A DNA stretch of 64,000 nt from Rikenellaceae bacterium (GCA_047178865.1 JBCQSY010000006.1:6065-70064), one strand, 5' to 3'; shown: positions 10,013-21,402, numbered from the stretch's first letter. Translations and numbers: made by a program. The notes: generated by a model from the letters alone, not told the origin.

Positions 10013-11206
10013 ATGTTTAATCTACTATCATCAACTTCAGTGCTAGATCGCCTCTCGACCTTCTTCGCCTCATCGGGCGTTGCAGGTATGCAGTGGGGTA
10101 ATCTAGCTATGATATGTGTAGCCGTGCTGCTACTATATCTAGCTATACGCCATAAGTTCGAACCTTTGTTGCTTATGACTATAGCATTTGGTATGCTACT
10201 AACAAACCTGCCAGGAGCTAACATGTACCATGCTGAGCTTTTTGCAGGTGGACACATACATTGGGGTAATTTTGTCGACGATGCAGGTCTGCTCGACTAC
10301 CTCTACCTCGGTGTTAAATTGGGTATCTATCCTTGTCTTATATTTATAGGTGTAGGTGCGATGACTGACTTTGGTCCACTTATCGCCAATCCACGTAGTT
10401 TCCTACTAGGTGCTGCGGCTCAGGTAGGTATCTTCGGAACATTTATCGGTGCTTCGCTATTGGGTTTTGCACCAAACGAGGCTGGTTCAATCGCTATTAT
10501 CGGAGGTGCTGATGGCCCAACTGCTATCTTCCTCACAGCACAACTTGCACCACACTTGCTTGGTCCTATCGCCGTTGCTGCCTACTCATACATGGCTCTT
10601 GTACCACTTATTCAGCCACCTATTATGAAGGCGTTGACTACACCCGAAGAGCGTAAAATCAAGATGAAGCAGCTTCGTTCTGTCTCTCCGACCGAGCGTA
10701 TTATCTTCCCTGTAACCATCGCTGTGATTATCTCGCTTATTATCCCTAGCGCAGCGCCACTTGTTGGTTCGTTGATGTTGGGTAACTTGATGAAGGTATC
10801 GGGTGTTACTGAACGACTTAGCAAAACCGTACAGAATGAGTTGATGAATATCGTAACGATATTCCTTGGTCTAACGGTTGGTGCTACTGCTACCGCAGAG
10901 GCTTACCTTAACCTTCAGACTCTTCTTATCATGGGTCTTGGAGTTATCGCTTTTGCTGTAGGTTCAGCGGGTGGAGTACTCTTTGCTAAGTTGATGAATC
11001 TATTCTCGAAAGAGGAGAACAAAATCAACCCACTTATTGGTTCGGCTGGTGTTTCGGCTGTTCCGATGGCGGCACGTGTATCGCAAAATGAGGGTCAAAA
11101 GGCTGATCCATCTAACTTCCTATTGATGCACGCAATGGGTCCAAATGTTGCAGGAGTTGTAGGTTCAGCTGTTGCAGCGGGTCTTTTGCTATCGTTCTTG
11201 GGATAG
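10013..11206 (+). CDS. mmdB: Na+-translocating decarboxylase beta subunit (OadB/MmdB)
   Basis: [46 protein letters not shown]. Confidence 0.95.
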   Translation: MFNLLSSTSVLDRLSTFFASSGVAGMQWGNLAMICVAVLLLYLAIRHKFEPLLLMTIAFGMLLTNLPGANMYHAELFAGGHIHWGNFVDDAGLLDYLYLGVKLGIYPCLIFIGVGAMTDFGPLIANPRSFLLGAAAQVGIFGTFIGASLLGFAPNEAGSIAIIGGADGPTAIFLTAQLAPHLLGPIAVAAYSYMALVPLIQPPIMKALTTPEERKIKMKQLRSVSPTERIIFPVTIAVIISLIIPSAAPLVGSLMLGNLMKVSGVTERLSKTVQNELMNIVTIFLGLTVGATATAEAYLNLQTLLIMGLGVIAFAVGSAGGVLFAKLMNLFSKEENKINPLIGSAGVSAVPMAARVSQNEGQKADPSNFLLMHAMGPNVAGVVGSAVAAGLLLSFLG

Positions 11207-11228
11207 TTAAGAGCTAAACATAAAGTTC

Positions 11229-11261
11229 AAAAATAGGTAGTCTCGTGGCTACCTATTTTTG
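11229..11261 (+). terminator. Terminator of the mmd operon; its 3' arm also reads TATTTTTG (possible -7 box for the esterases)
   Basis: AAAATAGGTAG-8 nt-CTACCTATTTT. Confidence 0.75.
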
Positions 11262-11289
11262 AATAACTTAACCTAAATAGCTAACCCGT

Positions 11290-12735
11290 ATGAAACTTAA
11301 ATTTTCCGCCCTACTACTTCTACTCTTTGTAGCACATAACCTCACCGCCCAAGTGCGCCTTCCCGAACTTATTGGTGATGGCATGGTTCTACAACGCAAT
11401 AGCGACGCAACACTATGGGGTTGGAGCGATGCCAACAAAAAAATTACGGTCACCACCTCGTGGAGCAAGGAGAAGTTCACAACCCTCAGTGATGAGCAGG
11501 GGCGATGGTTCATCGATATCCCAACGGGAGAGGCTAAGTGGGCTCAGAGTATCACAATTAGCGATGGCAAAAAGGCCACTCTCAATAATGTTATGGTTGG
11601 CGAGGTGTGGATATGCACCGGTCAATCCAATATGGCGATGCCCATAATGGGTCTTAGTAACCAGCAGATGGAGGGTGCAATGGAGGTGTTATCTACAGCT
11701 AACAACTACCCCAATATCAAACTATTCCGTGTTCGTATGGCAGATGCTGATGAACCCATTGAGGAGTTTAGCTCGTATGGTGGATGGCAGGATGCGACCA
11801 GTGAAAATATAGCACCTTTCAGCGCTCTAGCCAACCAATTTGCACGCACTCTCACCGACTTTATGGGTCGTGATATACCTATCGCACTGATACAAAACAC
11901 ATGGGTTGGAACTCGTATCGAGGCTTGGATGAGCAAAGAGTCTATCGACAATATCGAGGGAATCGACCAGGAGTACACCTATGATATTGAGCGCACACGT
12001 CGTCATCGCTCACGACTCTACAACGCTATGATTCACCCCACTCGCCACTATACAGCCAAGGGATTCTTGTGGTATCAAGGTGAGTCAAACTGGTTAAAAC
12101 CAGAAGATTACCACCTCCTTATGGAGTCGATGGTGAAGCTATGGCGCAAGGATTGGGGTGATGATACAATGCCCTTCTACTTTGTTCAACTTGCTCCGTA
12201 CAAGCTCCATGGCTCAGCAGATGGTATCAATATTCCACTAACGGTCGAGGCGCAGGTCAAGGCTCTCGACTTAATCCCATATTCGGGCATGGTCGGAACA
12301 ACAGATATCGGACATGCAACCAATATCCACCCACCATGCAAGAAGCAGATAGGTGAGAGGATGGCATATATTGCTCTACGCAACGACTATGGATTCAAGG
12401 CTATCCCCGAAGATGCACCTCGATTCAAGGAGATGACAATCTCGGAAGGAACTGCACTTCTTAGCTTCCATAATACAACACGTCAAGGCTCTAACAACTC
12501 ATTCAAAAAGCACGATAACTATCAGCTCTTCGAGATTAAAGGTTTCGAGATGGCGGGCGAGGATAGAGTTTTCTACCCAGCTGAGGCTAAAATTGAGGCG
12601 AGCCAGATAAGCGTTACCTGCGACAAGGTGGCAAACCCAGTGGCTGTACGCTATGCATTCTACAACCTCTGTGAGGGTAATGTGGTAACTGTCTTGGGGC
12701 AACCACTCATCCCTTTTAGAACAGATAATTGGTAA
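11290..12735 (+). CDS. Sialate O-acetylesterase family (SGNH/SASA) secreted esterase, copy 1
   Basis: Signal peptide; GDGMVLQRN, GEVWICTGQSNM, WYQGESN, VQLAPY, IHPP, VRYAF. Confidence 0.9.
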   Translation: MKLKFSALLLLLFVAHNLTAQVRLPELIGDGMVLQRNSDATLWGWSDANKKITVTTSWSKEKFTTLSDEQGRWFIDIPTGEAKWAQSITISDGKKATLNNVMVGEVWICTGQSNMAMPIMGLSNQQMEGAMEVLSTANNYPNIKLFRVRMADADEPIEEFSSYGGWQDATSENIAPFSALANQFARTLTDFMGRDIPIALIQNTWVGTRIEAWMSKESIDNIEGIDQEYTYDIERTRRHRSRLYNAMIHPTRHYTAKGFLWYQGESNWLKPEDYHLLMESMVKLWRKDWGDDTMPFYFVQLAPYKLHGSADGINIPLTVEAQVKALDLIPYSGMVGTTDIGHATNIHPPCKKQIGERMAYIALRNDYGFKAIPEDAPRFKEMTISEGTALLSFHNTTRQGSNNSFKKHDNYQLFEIKGFEMAGEDRVFYPAEAKIEASQISVTCDKVANPVAVRYAFYNLCEGNVVTVLGQPLIPFRTDNW

Positions 12736-12760
12736 ATTACAAACTAAAAAAATACCTAAA

Positions 12761-14233
12761 ATGAAGAAATTTACACTACTACTGCTAGCTATGATTGCGA
12801 TGTCGTCACTTCAAGCTGAGGTGCGACTACCCGCTATACTTGGCGATGGAATGGTCCTACAGCGCAACTCCGAGGTGAACATCTGGGGATGGGCTGAGGC
12901 TGGAGCTAAAATTAAAGTAACAACTTCGTGGAACAGCGAGAAATTCACCACAACCGCCTCTGAGGATGGCGAGTGGTTGGTTAAAGTCCCAACGCGCGAG
13001 GTGATGTGGGAGCAGTCGATTACAATTAGCGATGGCGACAAAACAACCCTCAACAACGTTATGATTGGTGAGGTGTGGGTCTGTTCGGGGCAATCTAATA
13101 TGGAGATGCCGCTAACTGGTTACAACTGCCAACCAAGCGAGAATCCAACTCAGGCTCTTATCGAGGCTAAACGCTACCCTAACATAAGACTATTCACAGT
13201 CGAGAAGTGTTCAAAGGGCGAACCTTTAGAGGATTGTGAGGAGTATAAAGCGTGGAGCGACGCTTCGGCAGATAATATCGCAACATTCAGTGCTACGGCA
13301 TACTACTTTGGACGCACCCTCGCCTCGTTTCTCGATGATGTACCTATCGGATTAGTTCACTCTTCATGGGGAGGAACTCGTATCGAGGTATGGTTAAGCG
13401 AGAAGAGCTACGACAACCTCCACGAAGATGTCGACAGAGATGCTATCACAAAAAAAGGCAATCAAGAGAAGTCCGCTAGCAGGCTCTACAACGGCATGAT
13501 TCACCCTATCAAGAACTTCACCGCACGAGGTTTTATCTGGTATCAAGGCGAAGCTAATAGATTCCACTACAAATACTACCACCACATGATGGATGCAATG
13601 GTTAGTGGTTGGAGAGAGGATTGGGGAGATGATACAATGCCATTCTACTTTGTTCAGATTGCACCATACCACTACAATGGCGATGATAAGAGTATCCTAC
13701 CTCTGCTTATCGAGTCGCAGAGCAAAGCCGCTGAGATGATACCTCACTCAGCTATGGCTGCGACAACCGATATCGGGCATAAAGTGACTATACACCCAAC
13801 CAAAAAGCGTGAAGTTGGCGAGCGTCTAGCCTACCTTGCTCTACGCAATGATTATGGAGTAAAGTATGTACCTATGCCTGCTCTAACCCTCAAGCAGATG
13901 GAGATTAAGGGTGACACGGTGACAATCAGCCTCAACAATGTAACCAGAGATTTTGAAGGTGGTAACAACTCACTCGTACCATATAACGATGAGGGCAACC
14001 TCAAAATCAAAGGATTCGAGGTTGCAGGCGAAGACCAAGTATATCACACAGCCAAAGCGTGGATTAACCGCGCCACCAACACCATCTCGATGAAATGCGG
14101 CGATGTTCCTGAACCAGTAGCCGTGCGATATGCATTCTACAACCTACACGAGGGTAATGTTGTAACCTGCCTAGGGCAACCACTCGTTCCATTCAGAACC
14201 GATGATTGGGATATTATCGAGGTGAAAAAATAG
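12761..14233 (+). CDS. Sialate O-acetylesterase family secreted esterase, copy 2
   Basis: Signal peptide; GEVWVCSGQSNM, WGGTRIE, WYQGEAN, IHPT, VRYAF; paralogue of the preceding gene. Confidence 0.9.
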   Translation: MKKFTLLLLAMIAMSSLQAEVRLPAILGDGMVLQRNSEVNIWGWAEAGAKIKVTTSWNSEKFTTTASEDGEWLVKVPTREVMWEQSITISDGDKTTLNNVMIGEVWVCSGQSNMEMPLTGYNCQPSENPTQALIEAKRYPNIRLFTVEKCSKGEPLEDCEEYKAWSDASADNIATFSATAYYFGRTLASFLDDVPIGLVHSSWGGTRIEVWLSEKSYDNLHEDVDRDAITKKGNQEKSASRLYNGMIHPIKNFTARGFIWYQGEANRFHYKYYHHMMDAMVSGWREDWGDDTMPFYFVQIAPYHYNGDDKSILPLLIESQSKAAEMIPHSAMAATTDIGHKVTIHPTKKREVGERLAYLALRNDYGVKYVPMPALTLKQMEIKGDTVTISLNNVTRDFEGGNNSLVPYNDEGNLKIKGFEVAGEDQVYHTAKAWINRATNTISMKCGDVPEPVAVRYAFYNLHEGNVVTCLGQPLVPFRTDDWDIIEVKK

Positions 14234-14262
14234 ATAATTTTTCAAATTTTAATGCATATACT

Positions 14263-15807
14263 ATGAACAACAAACTACTTACTCTGCCCCTAGCGATGCT
14301 AGCTATGGCATGTTCGCAAAGCGAGGAGAAGAAGCCTAATATCATATTCATCCTTGCGGATGATATGGGTTATGGTGATGTTGCTGCTCTAAATGAAGAT
14401 TGCAAACTCCTAACACCCCAACTCGACAGGATGGTCGAGCGAGGTGTAACCTTTACCGATGCTCACACCTCATCATCGGTGAGTACTCCAACACGTTACG
14501 GCGTTGTGACGGGACGTTACAACTGGCGTTCAACCCTCAAACAGTATGTCTACAATGGCTACTCGAAGGCTCTTATCCCAACATCACGCGAGACTGTAGC
14601 CTCGGCACTTAAGAAAGGTGGCTACACCACTGGATGTGTCGGAAAGTGGCACATGGGTTGGGATTGGCATGTGACCCAGGAGGGAACTAACCATGGTATC
14701 ACAAACGAGGTTAACCCCGAAGTTGTCGACTTTAGCCAGCCTATCACCAATGGACCTTGCGACCTTGGTTTCGACTACTTCTATGGATTCTGCGCATCGT
14801 TGGATATGCCTCCGTATGTCTATGTTGAGAACAATATGGCAACAACTCAAAACTTCCACACCACAGTACACAAACACCGTTACGGATGGTGGCGTGAGGG
14901 TGTAACAGGCGAGGATTTCGTACACGAACAGACCCTACCTCACTGCACCGATAAAGCTATCGAGTTTATCCAACGCGAGGGTAAAGGGGATAATCCTTTC
15001 TTCCTATACCTACCCTACCCAGCACCACACACGCCTATTCTTCCAACTGGCGAGTGGGATGGAATATCAGGCACAAACCCTTATGGCGACTTCGTAATGA
15101 TGGTCGACAATGAGGTTGGTCGTCTTATGGCAGCTCTCGAAGAGATGGGTATCGACGACAACACAATCGTAGTATTCACAGCAGATAACGGATGCTCTCC
15201 AGCCGCTAAACTCGAAGAGCTACACGAGAAGGGACACTACCCTAACTACGTCTATCGCGGACACAAAGCTGACCTATTCGAGGGTGGACATCATGTTCCA
15301 TGTATCGTTCAATGGCCTAATGGTTTCGCACCAGGCAAGAGCTCTCAGACAGTCTGTTTGACCGATTTCTACGCTACATTTGCAAAGATTGCAGGTGTTG
15401 AGCTCTCAGACTCCGAGGCGGAGGATAGTTTCGATTTGACACCTGCGCTCTACGATACTGAGTATAGCGAGCCAATTCGTCAATCGACAATCCACCACTC
15501 TATCGCTGGTGAGTTTGCTATCCGTATGGGTGATTGGAAACTTCTAGCCTCACCTTCATCGGGTGGTTGGAGCTATCCTCAACCAAAAAATGTAGAGGCT
15601 CTTAAAAAGTTACCTCCAATGCAACTCTACAATCTTGCTGATGATATTCGCGAGGAGAAGAACCTATACAACGAATATCCTGAGATTGCAGCTCAACTTC
15701 TCGAACAACTTCGCTTTGAGATTAAAGAGGGTCGTAGCACACCTGGTGCAGCGCAATTCAACGACGTAATCGGACGTTGGCATCAACTTGAGACTATATT
15801 TGAATAG
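14263..15807 (+). CDS. Arylsulfatase-type S1 sulfatase, Ser-type, lipoprotein
   Basis: Lipobox LAMAC; PNIIFILADDMGYGD, STPTR (S-x-P-x-R), GKWHMG, FTADNG, GHKADLFEGG. Start moved to ATG 14263. Confidence 0.93.
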   Translation: MNNKLLTLPLAMLAMACSQSEEKKPNIIFILADDMGYGDVAALNEDCKLLTPQLDRMVERGVTFTDAHTSSSVSTPTRYGVVTGRYNWRSTLKQYVYNGYSKALIPTSRETVASALKKGGYTTGCVGKWHMGWDWHVTQEGTNHGITNEVNPEVVDFSQPITNGPCDLGFDYFYGFCASLDMPPYVYVENNMATTQNFHTTVHKHRYGWWREGVTGEDFVHEQTLPHCTDKAIEFIQREGKGDNPFFLYLPYPAPHTPILPTGEWDGISGTNPYGDFVMMVDNEVGRLMAALEEMGIDDNTIVVFTADNGCSPAAKLEELHEKGHYPNYVYRGHKADLFEGGHHVPCIVQWPNGFAPGKSSQTVCLTDFYATFAKIAGVELSDSEAEDSFDLTPALYDTEYSEPIRQSTIHHSIAGEFAIRMGDWKLLASPSSGGWSYPQPKNVEALKKLPPMQLYNLADDIREEKNLYNEYPEIAAQLLEQLRFEIKEGRSTPGAAQFNDVIGRWHQLETIFE

Positions 15808-15814
15808 GTTCTGA

Positions 15815-17674
15815 ATGGTTCAAATAGAGCATATATCTAAATCGTTTGGCGACCTCACCCTCTATGATAACTTATCGTTATATATTCAGGAGGGTGAGCG
15901 TATCGCTCTTTTAGCAAGGAATGGAGCAGGTAAAAGCACACTGCTCGACATTATCGCAGGAGTCACCTCGCCCGATTCGGGTGATGTGACTATGCGTCGT
16001 GACCTAAAGGTAGGATACCTCTCTCAAACCCCTTATTTTCAACAGGGTGCAAATGTGATTGAAACTATCTACAACTCAAATCCTGCGATAAGTCGCGCTA
16101 TCGAGGCGTACTACTCTGCTATGGATAGTGGCGATGAGGCTCTTATCGCTGAGGCTATATCCCAGATGGAGGTGGTCGAGGCGTGGGATATCGAGCAGCG
16201 AGCTAAAACAATCCTCACTAAGCTCAATATCACCAACTTCAAACAGAGCGTTTCGTCAATGTCGGGAGGTGAGCAAAGGCGTGTTGCGCTAGCTCAGGTG
16301 TTAACCTTAAATCCCGATTTTCTTATCCTCGATGAGCCAACCAACCACCTCGACCTTGAGATGTCGGCATGGTTGGAGGATTACCTTGTAAAGTGTGGTA
16401 AGACGCTCTTGATGGTGACCCACGATCGCTACTTCCTGGATAGGGTCTGTACGAATATCTACGAGATAGACCAGCGTGAAATCTACTCATACAAAGGCAA
16501 TTACAGCGACTACGTAATGCGCCGTTCAGAGAGAATAGAGCAGGGTGCAACCGAGCGCGAACGTGCTCAAAACCTCTACCGCAAAGAGTTGGAGTGGATG
16601 CGACGTATGCCCAAAGCACGTGGCACGAAGGCTAAATATCGCAAAGATTCATTCGAAACTCTCAAAGATAAAGCGTTCGCCTCACGTGATGATAGAGGTG
16701 TCGAGATTGGGGTGGGTTCAGCTCGTCTGGGTAACAAAATCTTCGAGGCTAAATCACTATCGAAATCATTTGGCGAAAAGAGGGTTCTCGACAACTTCTC
16801 CTACACCTTCTCGCGTGGTGAGAAGTTGGGAGTAATCGGAGGAAATGGCACAGGAAAGAGCACCCTACTCAAAATGTTGACGGGTATCATACCGCCCGAT
16901 TCGGGAGTTATCGACCTAGGTAGTAGCGTTAAATTTGGCTACTATCGCCAGGAGGGAATCAGTTACAACGAGAGTAGCAAGGTGATAGATGTAGCACGTG
17001 AAGTAGCTGAGGTAGTGACACTTGGCGATGGTTCGACCATTGGAGTTTCGCAATTCTTGACTCGTTTCAACTTCGAGCCACCTACGCAACACTCATTTAT
17101 CTCAAAGCTATCGGGAGGCGAGCGACGTAGATTGTATCTTCTCACGATATTGATGCAATCGCCCAACTTCTTGATTCTCGATGAGCCAACCAACGACCTC
17201 GACATAGCAACGCTCAACACATTGGAGAGTTATCTCGAAAATTTCGCAGGGTGTCTAATCGTGGTATCCCACGACCGTTACTTTATGGATAAGGTGGTCG
17301 ACCATCTACTTATCTTCGAAGATGGAGGCAAGACACAACTATTCGAGGGTAACTACACCCAATATCGTAACTGGGTCGAGGAGAGAGATGAGGCTAAAGC
17401 TAAGGAGAGCAGCAACTCAACCACAGCAGCACCAACCCCCAAACGCAGCCAAAATCGAGAGCGAAGGTTAAGCTACAAGGAGCAGCGTGAATTGGAGGAG
17501 CTAGAGACTCAAATTGCCCTACTCGAAGAGGAGAAGAGCCGTATCGAGAGTGAGCTAAACTCTGGCACGCTCGACAGTGACTCTCTTATAAAGCTATCGC
17601 AACGTCATGGCGAAGTGGAGAGTGAACTCGACGAGAAGAGTATGCGATGGTTAACCCTAGAGGAGCTAAGGTAA
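15815..17674 (+). CDS. ABC-F family ATPase (Uup-like)
   Basis: Two Walker A (NGAGKST, NGTGKST), MSGGE/LSGGE signatures, LDEPTN twice, C-terminal coiled coil, no TM segment. Confidence 0.93.
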   Translation: MVQIEHISKSFGDLTLYDNLSLYIQEGERIALLARNGAGKSTLLDIIAGVTSPDSGDVTMRRDLKVGYLSQTPYFQQGANVIETIYNSNPAISRAIEAYYSAMDSGDEALIAEAISQMEVVEAWDIEQRAKTILTKLNITNFKQSVSSMSGGEQRRVALAQVLTLNPDFLILDEPTNHLDLEMSAWLEDYLVKCGKTLLMVTHDRYFLDRVCTNIYEIDQREIYSYKGNYSDYVMRRSERIEQGATERERAQNLYRKELEWMRRMPKARGTKAKYRKDSFETLKDKAFASRDDRGVEIGVGSARLGNKIFEAKSLSKSFGEKRVLDNFSYTFSRGEKLGVIGGNGTGKSTLLKMLTGIIPPDSGVIDLGSSVKFGYYRQEGISYNESSKVIDVAREVAEVVTLGDGSTIGVSQFLTRFNFEPPTQHSFISKLSGGERRRLYLLTILMQSPNFLILDEPTNDLDIATLNTLESYLENFAGCLIVVSHDRYFMDKVVDHLLIFEDGGKTQLFEGNYTQYRNWVEERDEAKAKESSNSTTAAPTPKRSQNRERRLSYKEQRELEELETQIALLEEEKSRIESELNSGTLDSDSLIKLSQRHGEVESELDEKSMRWLTLEELR

Positions 17675-18775
17675 CACCCTATCTTTCAGAGCAGTAATAC
17701 GTTTATAAGCCTCATCTATTCGGCTCTGAGGGATAGTTCCATCTTTAACCATCTCGTAGATATACTTCATGCTACGCTCTGGCAGGTCGGATTCATATTT
17801 AGCTCCGTTATTGCCAATAATAACCATATCAACCCCTGCATTTATCGCTAATTGCAGGGCTTTTTTGTAGGTATAGTGGTCGGTTATCGCCCTCATATTC
17901 ATATCATCGGTGGCAACAACTCCATCATATCTCAACTCACAACGCAGGATACTATCAATGGTTACGCGCGAAAGCGATGCAGGGTATAGCGAGTCGATAT
18001 TTCGATTAAAGAGGTGTCCCACCATCACTATCCTCGCCCTATCCTCCTCGATAAGTTGACGATATGGCTCTAGCTCGCTTGACGAGAAACTATCGGTAAT
18101 ATCGGTAAATCCAAGGTGTGAATCGCTCACCGAGCTACCATGCCCTGGGAAGTGTTTCAATGATGTGATGATGCCTCGCTTGTCGAACTCCTCGATAACA
18201 ACCTCAGCATGACGCACAACCACATCTCTATCATCCGAAATAGCTCGTCCGCGTGCTCCAATTACAGGATTTTCGGGGTTGAGATTCAAATCGACACATG
18301 GCACAAAGTTGACATTTATCCCCAACTCCACCAGCTGCTCAGCGCTAATCGCAGAGTAGTGGCGAGTCGAGTCGAGGTCGTCCACTTCACCTAGATATTG
18401 TGGTGATGGGGTCTCAACAAAACCCCTATCCGCTCTTAATCGCTGCACCGCACCGCCCTCTTGGTCGATGGAGATAAGCAGTCGATTATCGCTCGCCTCT
18501 TGAAGGGTTCGAGTAAGCCCGGTGAGCTGCTCCATATTAATTACATTGCGCTCAGCCAAACCCTCACTCACATCCTGACTAAAGAGGATAACACCTCCCA
18601 CGCCCTGTTGTGAGACCAAATCCAGAAGCCTCTCATCCGCCTCGCTACCCTTGAAGCCAACAACTAGCATCTGGGCTATCTTAAACTTCAACTCGCTATC
18701 ATTACCCTCTCGATTGCAGCAACAAAACAAACTAGTCAAAAACACGACTGCAACAATAGATAAAATTTTATTCAT
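17666..18775 (-). CDS. GH3 beta-N-acetylhexosaminidase (NagZ-like) lipoprotein
   Basis: IDQEGG, KHFPGHGSSVSDSH, VATDDMNM; Cys lipobox. Confidence 0.9.
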   Translation of the reverse strand: MNKILSIVAVVFLTSLFCCCNREGNDSELKFKIAQMLVVGFKGSEADERLLDLVSQQGVGGVILFSQDVSEGLAERNVINMEQLTGLTRTLQEASDNRLLISIDQEGGAVQRLRADRGFVETPSPQYLGEVDDLDSTRHYSAISAEQLVELGINVNFVPCVDLNLNPENPVIGARGRAISDDRDVVVRHAEVVIEEFDKRGIITSLKHFPGHGSSVSDSHLGFTDITDSFSSSELEPYRQLIEEDRARIVMVGHLFNRNIDSLYPASLSRVTIDSILRCELRYDGVVATDDMNMRAITDHYTYKKALQLAINAGVDMVIIGNNGAKYESDLPERSMKYIYEMVKDGTIPQSRIDEAYKRITALKDRVLP

Positions 18776-18792
18776 ATCAAATTAGATTAAAA

Positions 18793-19593
18793 TTATACCT
18801 TTTTTACGAACTCAAGGATTGCATCTGCGCACTCCTGCGCCTGCTCGATAAATGGGTTGTGTCCCGACTCTGCGAACCAGACAAACTTAGCCTGAGGATG
18901 TGCTTGAGCTAACTCCTGCGACACCTCCAAGGGGATATATTCATCCTTTTCGCCAAATAAAAATAGCTGTGGGACGGGACTCTTTTGCAACACTTCATTC
19001 AAATCCTCACGCTCCGCCATTCCTCGAAGTAGAGCTATAATTCCCTCATCTTCGGTTAACATAACGATATCCTGCAACTCCTCGATGTAGGAGTTGAAAC
19101 GTCGAAGATTATCCACTGCAAAACCCATTTTAGGCGCTGTACGAGCCAATAGCTCACGCTTTCCAGCCTTAATAAGCTCAATTTCGCGTTGACGGTTTTC
19201 GCGTTTTTCATCACTATCGGCGTGTGGTCTCGATGCCATCATAACCAGCGAAGATAACATTTCGGGGTATAATTTAGTAAATGCCACCGCAACATAGCCA
19301 CCCATCGAGTGACCAACAAGATGACACTTCTCAACACCCAACGCCACCAACATATCACGCACAACCGATGCCAACCACTCCATCGAGTGAGTCTCACCAC
19401 AAACCTCCGAGATACCATGACCTGGCAAATCCAAAGTTATAACTCTCACATCTTTATATAGATAGGGGACAAAATCATCCCATACCAAAATCGACTCCAA
19501 ATAACCATGCAACAGAACAACAACCTCATCACCACTCTCCGAGTCACATATATGCAGAGCGGTATCACCCGCCATTAAAAATTTCTCTACCAT
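18793..19593 (-). CDS. Alpha/beta-fold hydrolase
   Basis: LLHGY, DLPGHG, GHSMGG nucleophile elbow, GEKD, SGHN. Confidence 0.92.
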   Translation of the reverse strand: MVEKFLMAGDTALHICDSESGDEVVVLLHGYLESILVWDDFVPYLYKDVRVITLDLPGHGISEVCGETHSMEWLASVVRDMLVALGVEKCHLVGHSMGGYVAVAFTKLYPEMLSSLVMMASRPHADSDEKRENRQREIELIKAGKRELLARTAPKMGFAVDNLRRFNSYIEELQDIVMLTEDEGIIALLRGMAEREDLNEVLQKSPVPQLFLFGEKDEYIPLEVSQELAQAHPQAKFVWFAESGHNPFIEQAQECADAILEFVKKV

Positions 19594-19710
19594 AGACCTT
19601 GTTTAATTTTACTACAATTTTACCCATTTTATTTGATATTATCAACAGATTCCACAAAAAATTTGCGTTTTACTCTAATATTGCCTACTTTTGAAGTTGA
19701 AAATTATAAC

Positions 19711-20625
19711 ATGGAAAATATCGAATATATACTTTGTCACGGTTCGGGCAACCGATTTGTGATGATTGATGGAGTAAAGAGCGGCTTTGACTTGACTAAA
19801 GCCTCTGAGCTTATGTTGGGCATAGCTAAAAATATTGAGTGCGATGGGCTGTTAATCCTCGACAGAGAGGGCAAGAGTGACTACGCAATGCGTATGTACA
19901 ACACAGATGGCACATCGGCTGCCATGTGTGGTAATGGCATGAGGTGTATAGCTAGGTTAGCTGATGAATTATATATCCATAGCGAGAAGTTCAACCTCTA
20001 CTCAGGTGGTGGACTCTACCCTATTGAGCGTAGCGAACCACTCAGTGAAGGGGTTGCAACTTATGGCGTTGATATCTCGGTGAGCCTCACAGGCGAGGAG
20101 TTACCGCTAGCTAATGGAGAATTTATCGCAAAAGAGATAGAGGAGCTGCATCCTGGCATGAAATTTACTCTGCTAAACTTAGGAAACCCACACGTTATAG
20201 CCAAAGTTGATGAGATTGATTACGAGCTACTTAGCTCGCTAGGTGAGAGGGTTAAATCTCTAAAGGAGATATTCCCGAATGGAGTCAACGTTAGCTTTGT
20301 AAAGCAAGAGGCTGAGAACCAGATATTTGTCGCAACCTACGAGAGAGGAGTCGGACTTACCGCTTCGTGTGGAACGGCGATGACTGCATCGACCACGACC
20401 ATGGCTCTGATGGGCTGTGTTGCATGGGGCGAGGTGGTTCAGGTACGTAACAGAGGTGGTTTTGTGAGGTGTCGTCCATCACGAGATGGTGGCAAAATTA
20501 CCACTCAACTACTTGGTAATGCGACATATATCGAGACTGGGGTGATAACTCCCGATTTTAAAGTCGTCCCTCAGAGAGAGTGCTCAGATGATATGGCAGC
20601 GTGGGAGAGGTTGATTTCAGAGTAA
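19711..20625 (+). CDS. dapF: Diaminopimelate epimerase
   Basis: CHGSGNRF, AAMCGNG, GNPH, NGVN, YERGVGLTASCGT. Start moved to ATG 19711. Confidence 0.9.
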   Translation: MENIEYILCHGSGNRFVMIDGVKSGFDLTKASELMLGIAKNIECDGLLILDREGKSDYAMRMYNTDGTSAAMCGNGMRCIARLADELYIHSEKFNLYSGGGLYPIERSEPLSEGVATYGVDISVSLTGEELPLANGEFIAKEIEELHPGMKFTLLNLGNPHVIAKVDEIDYELLSSLGERVKSLKEIFPNGVNVSFVKQEAENQIFVATYERGVGLTASCGTAMTASTTTMALMGCVAWGEVVQVRNRGGFVRCRPSRDGGKITTQLLGNATYIETGVITPDFKVVPQRECSDDMAAWERLISE

Positions 20626-20652
20626 GAGTTAAAATTTAAACGATTTATAGTT

Positions 20653-21399
20653 ATGGTAAAGGAGATTTTTGAACATAGAACAATACGTAAATTCACCGAC
20701 GAGAAGGTATCTAAAGAGGATATTTTAGCTATCTGCTCGGCAGCATCTCGTGCCTCGACATGTGGTAATATGCAGTGTTACAGCTTGGTAGTGTCGCAAG
20801 ACGAGCAGATGGTTAAGTCACTCTCGCCTCTTCACTTCGGACAGGTCGAGAGGATGAATATGCAGTGCGTTGTGACTATCTGTGCAGACGTTAACCGCTT
20901 CTCGCTATGGTGTAAACATCGTGGTGCAGAGCCTTCATACGACAATTTTTTGTGGTTTGTCAATAGCTCTATCGATGCGCTACTAGCTGCTCAGAATCTA
21001 ATTCTCGAAGCTGAAAGTCGTGGGTTAGGCATCTGTATATTGGGTACTACACTCTACACCGCAGAGGCTATATCTAAACTTTTAGAGCTTCCAACGGGAG
21101 TTATCCCAATCACGACAATCGGTGTTGGACACCCCGCTGAGCAGGTCGAGTTGACAGATAGATTGCCAGTTGAGGCGGTGGTTCACTTCGAGAAGTACCA
21201 ACAATATAGCAACGAGCGAATCGATGAATTGTGGGCAGAGAAGGAGGCTCTACCTCTTACAGCAGAGCTTATCAAGGAGAATAATCTCCCAACTCTCGCA
21301 CATATCTTCACCGAAAATAGATATAAAAAATCTGATAATTTAGGTGTCTCAAACTCATATTTTGAGCTACTTAAGAGCCAAGGTTTCTTCAATAACTAA
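20653..21399 (+). CDS. Nitroreductase / NADPH-flavin oxidoreductase (NfsA-like)
   Basis: HRTIRKF, ASTCGNMQCYS, DALLAAQN, GLGICILG, RLPVEAVVH. Confidence 0.9.
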   Translation: MVKEIFEHRTIRKFTDEKVSKEDILAICSAASRASTCGNMQCYSLVVSQDEQMVKSLSPLHFGQVERMNMQCVVTICADVNRFSLWCKHRGAEPSYDNFLWFVNSSIDALLAAQNLILEAESRGLGICILGTTLYTAEAISKLLELPTGVIPITTIGVGHPAEQVELTDRLPVEAVVHFEKYQQYSNERIDELWAEKEALPLTAELIKENNLPTLAHIFTENRYKKSDNLGVSNSYFELLKSQGFFNN

Positions 21400-21402
21400 C
21401 CC

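Noticed and set aside
7173-11206. Na+-pumping methylmalonyl-CoA decarboxylase operon as a novelty
   Set aside because: Standard, well-described succinate-to-propionate module in Bacteroidales.
17666-17674. 9-nt overlap of the convergent ABC-F and GH3 genes without a terminator
   Set aside because: Short convergent overlaps are common, and nothing else suggests antisense regulation.
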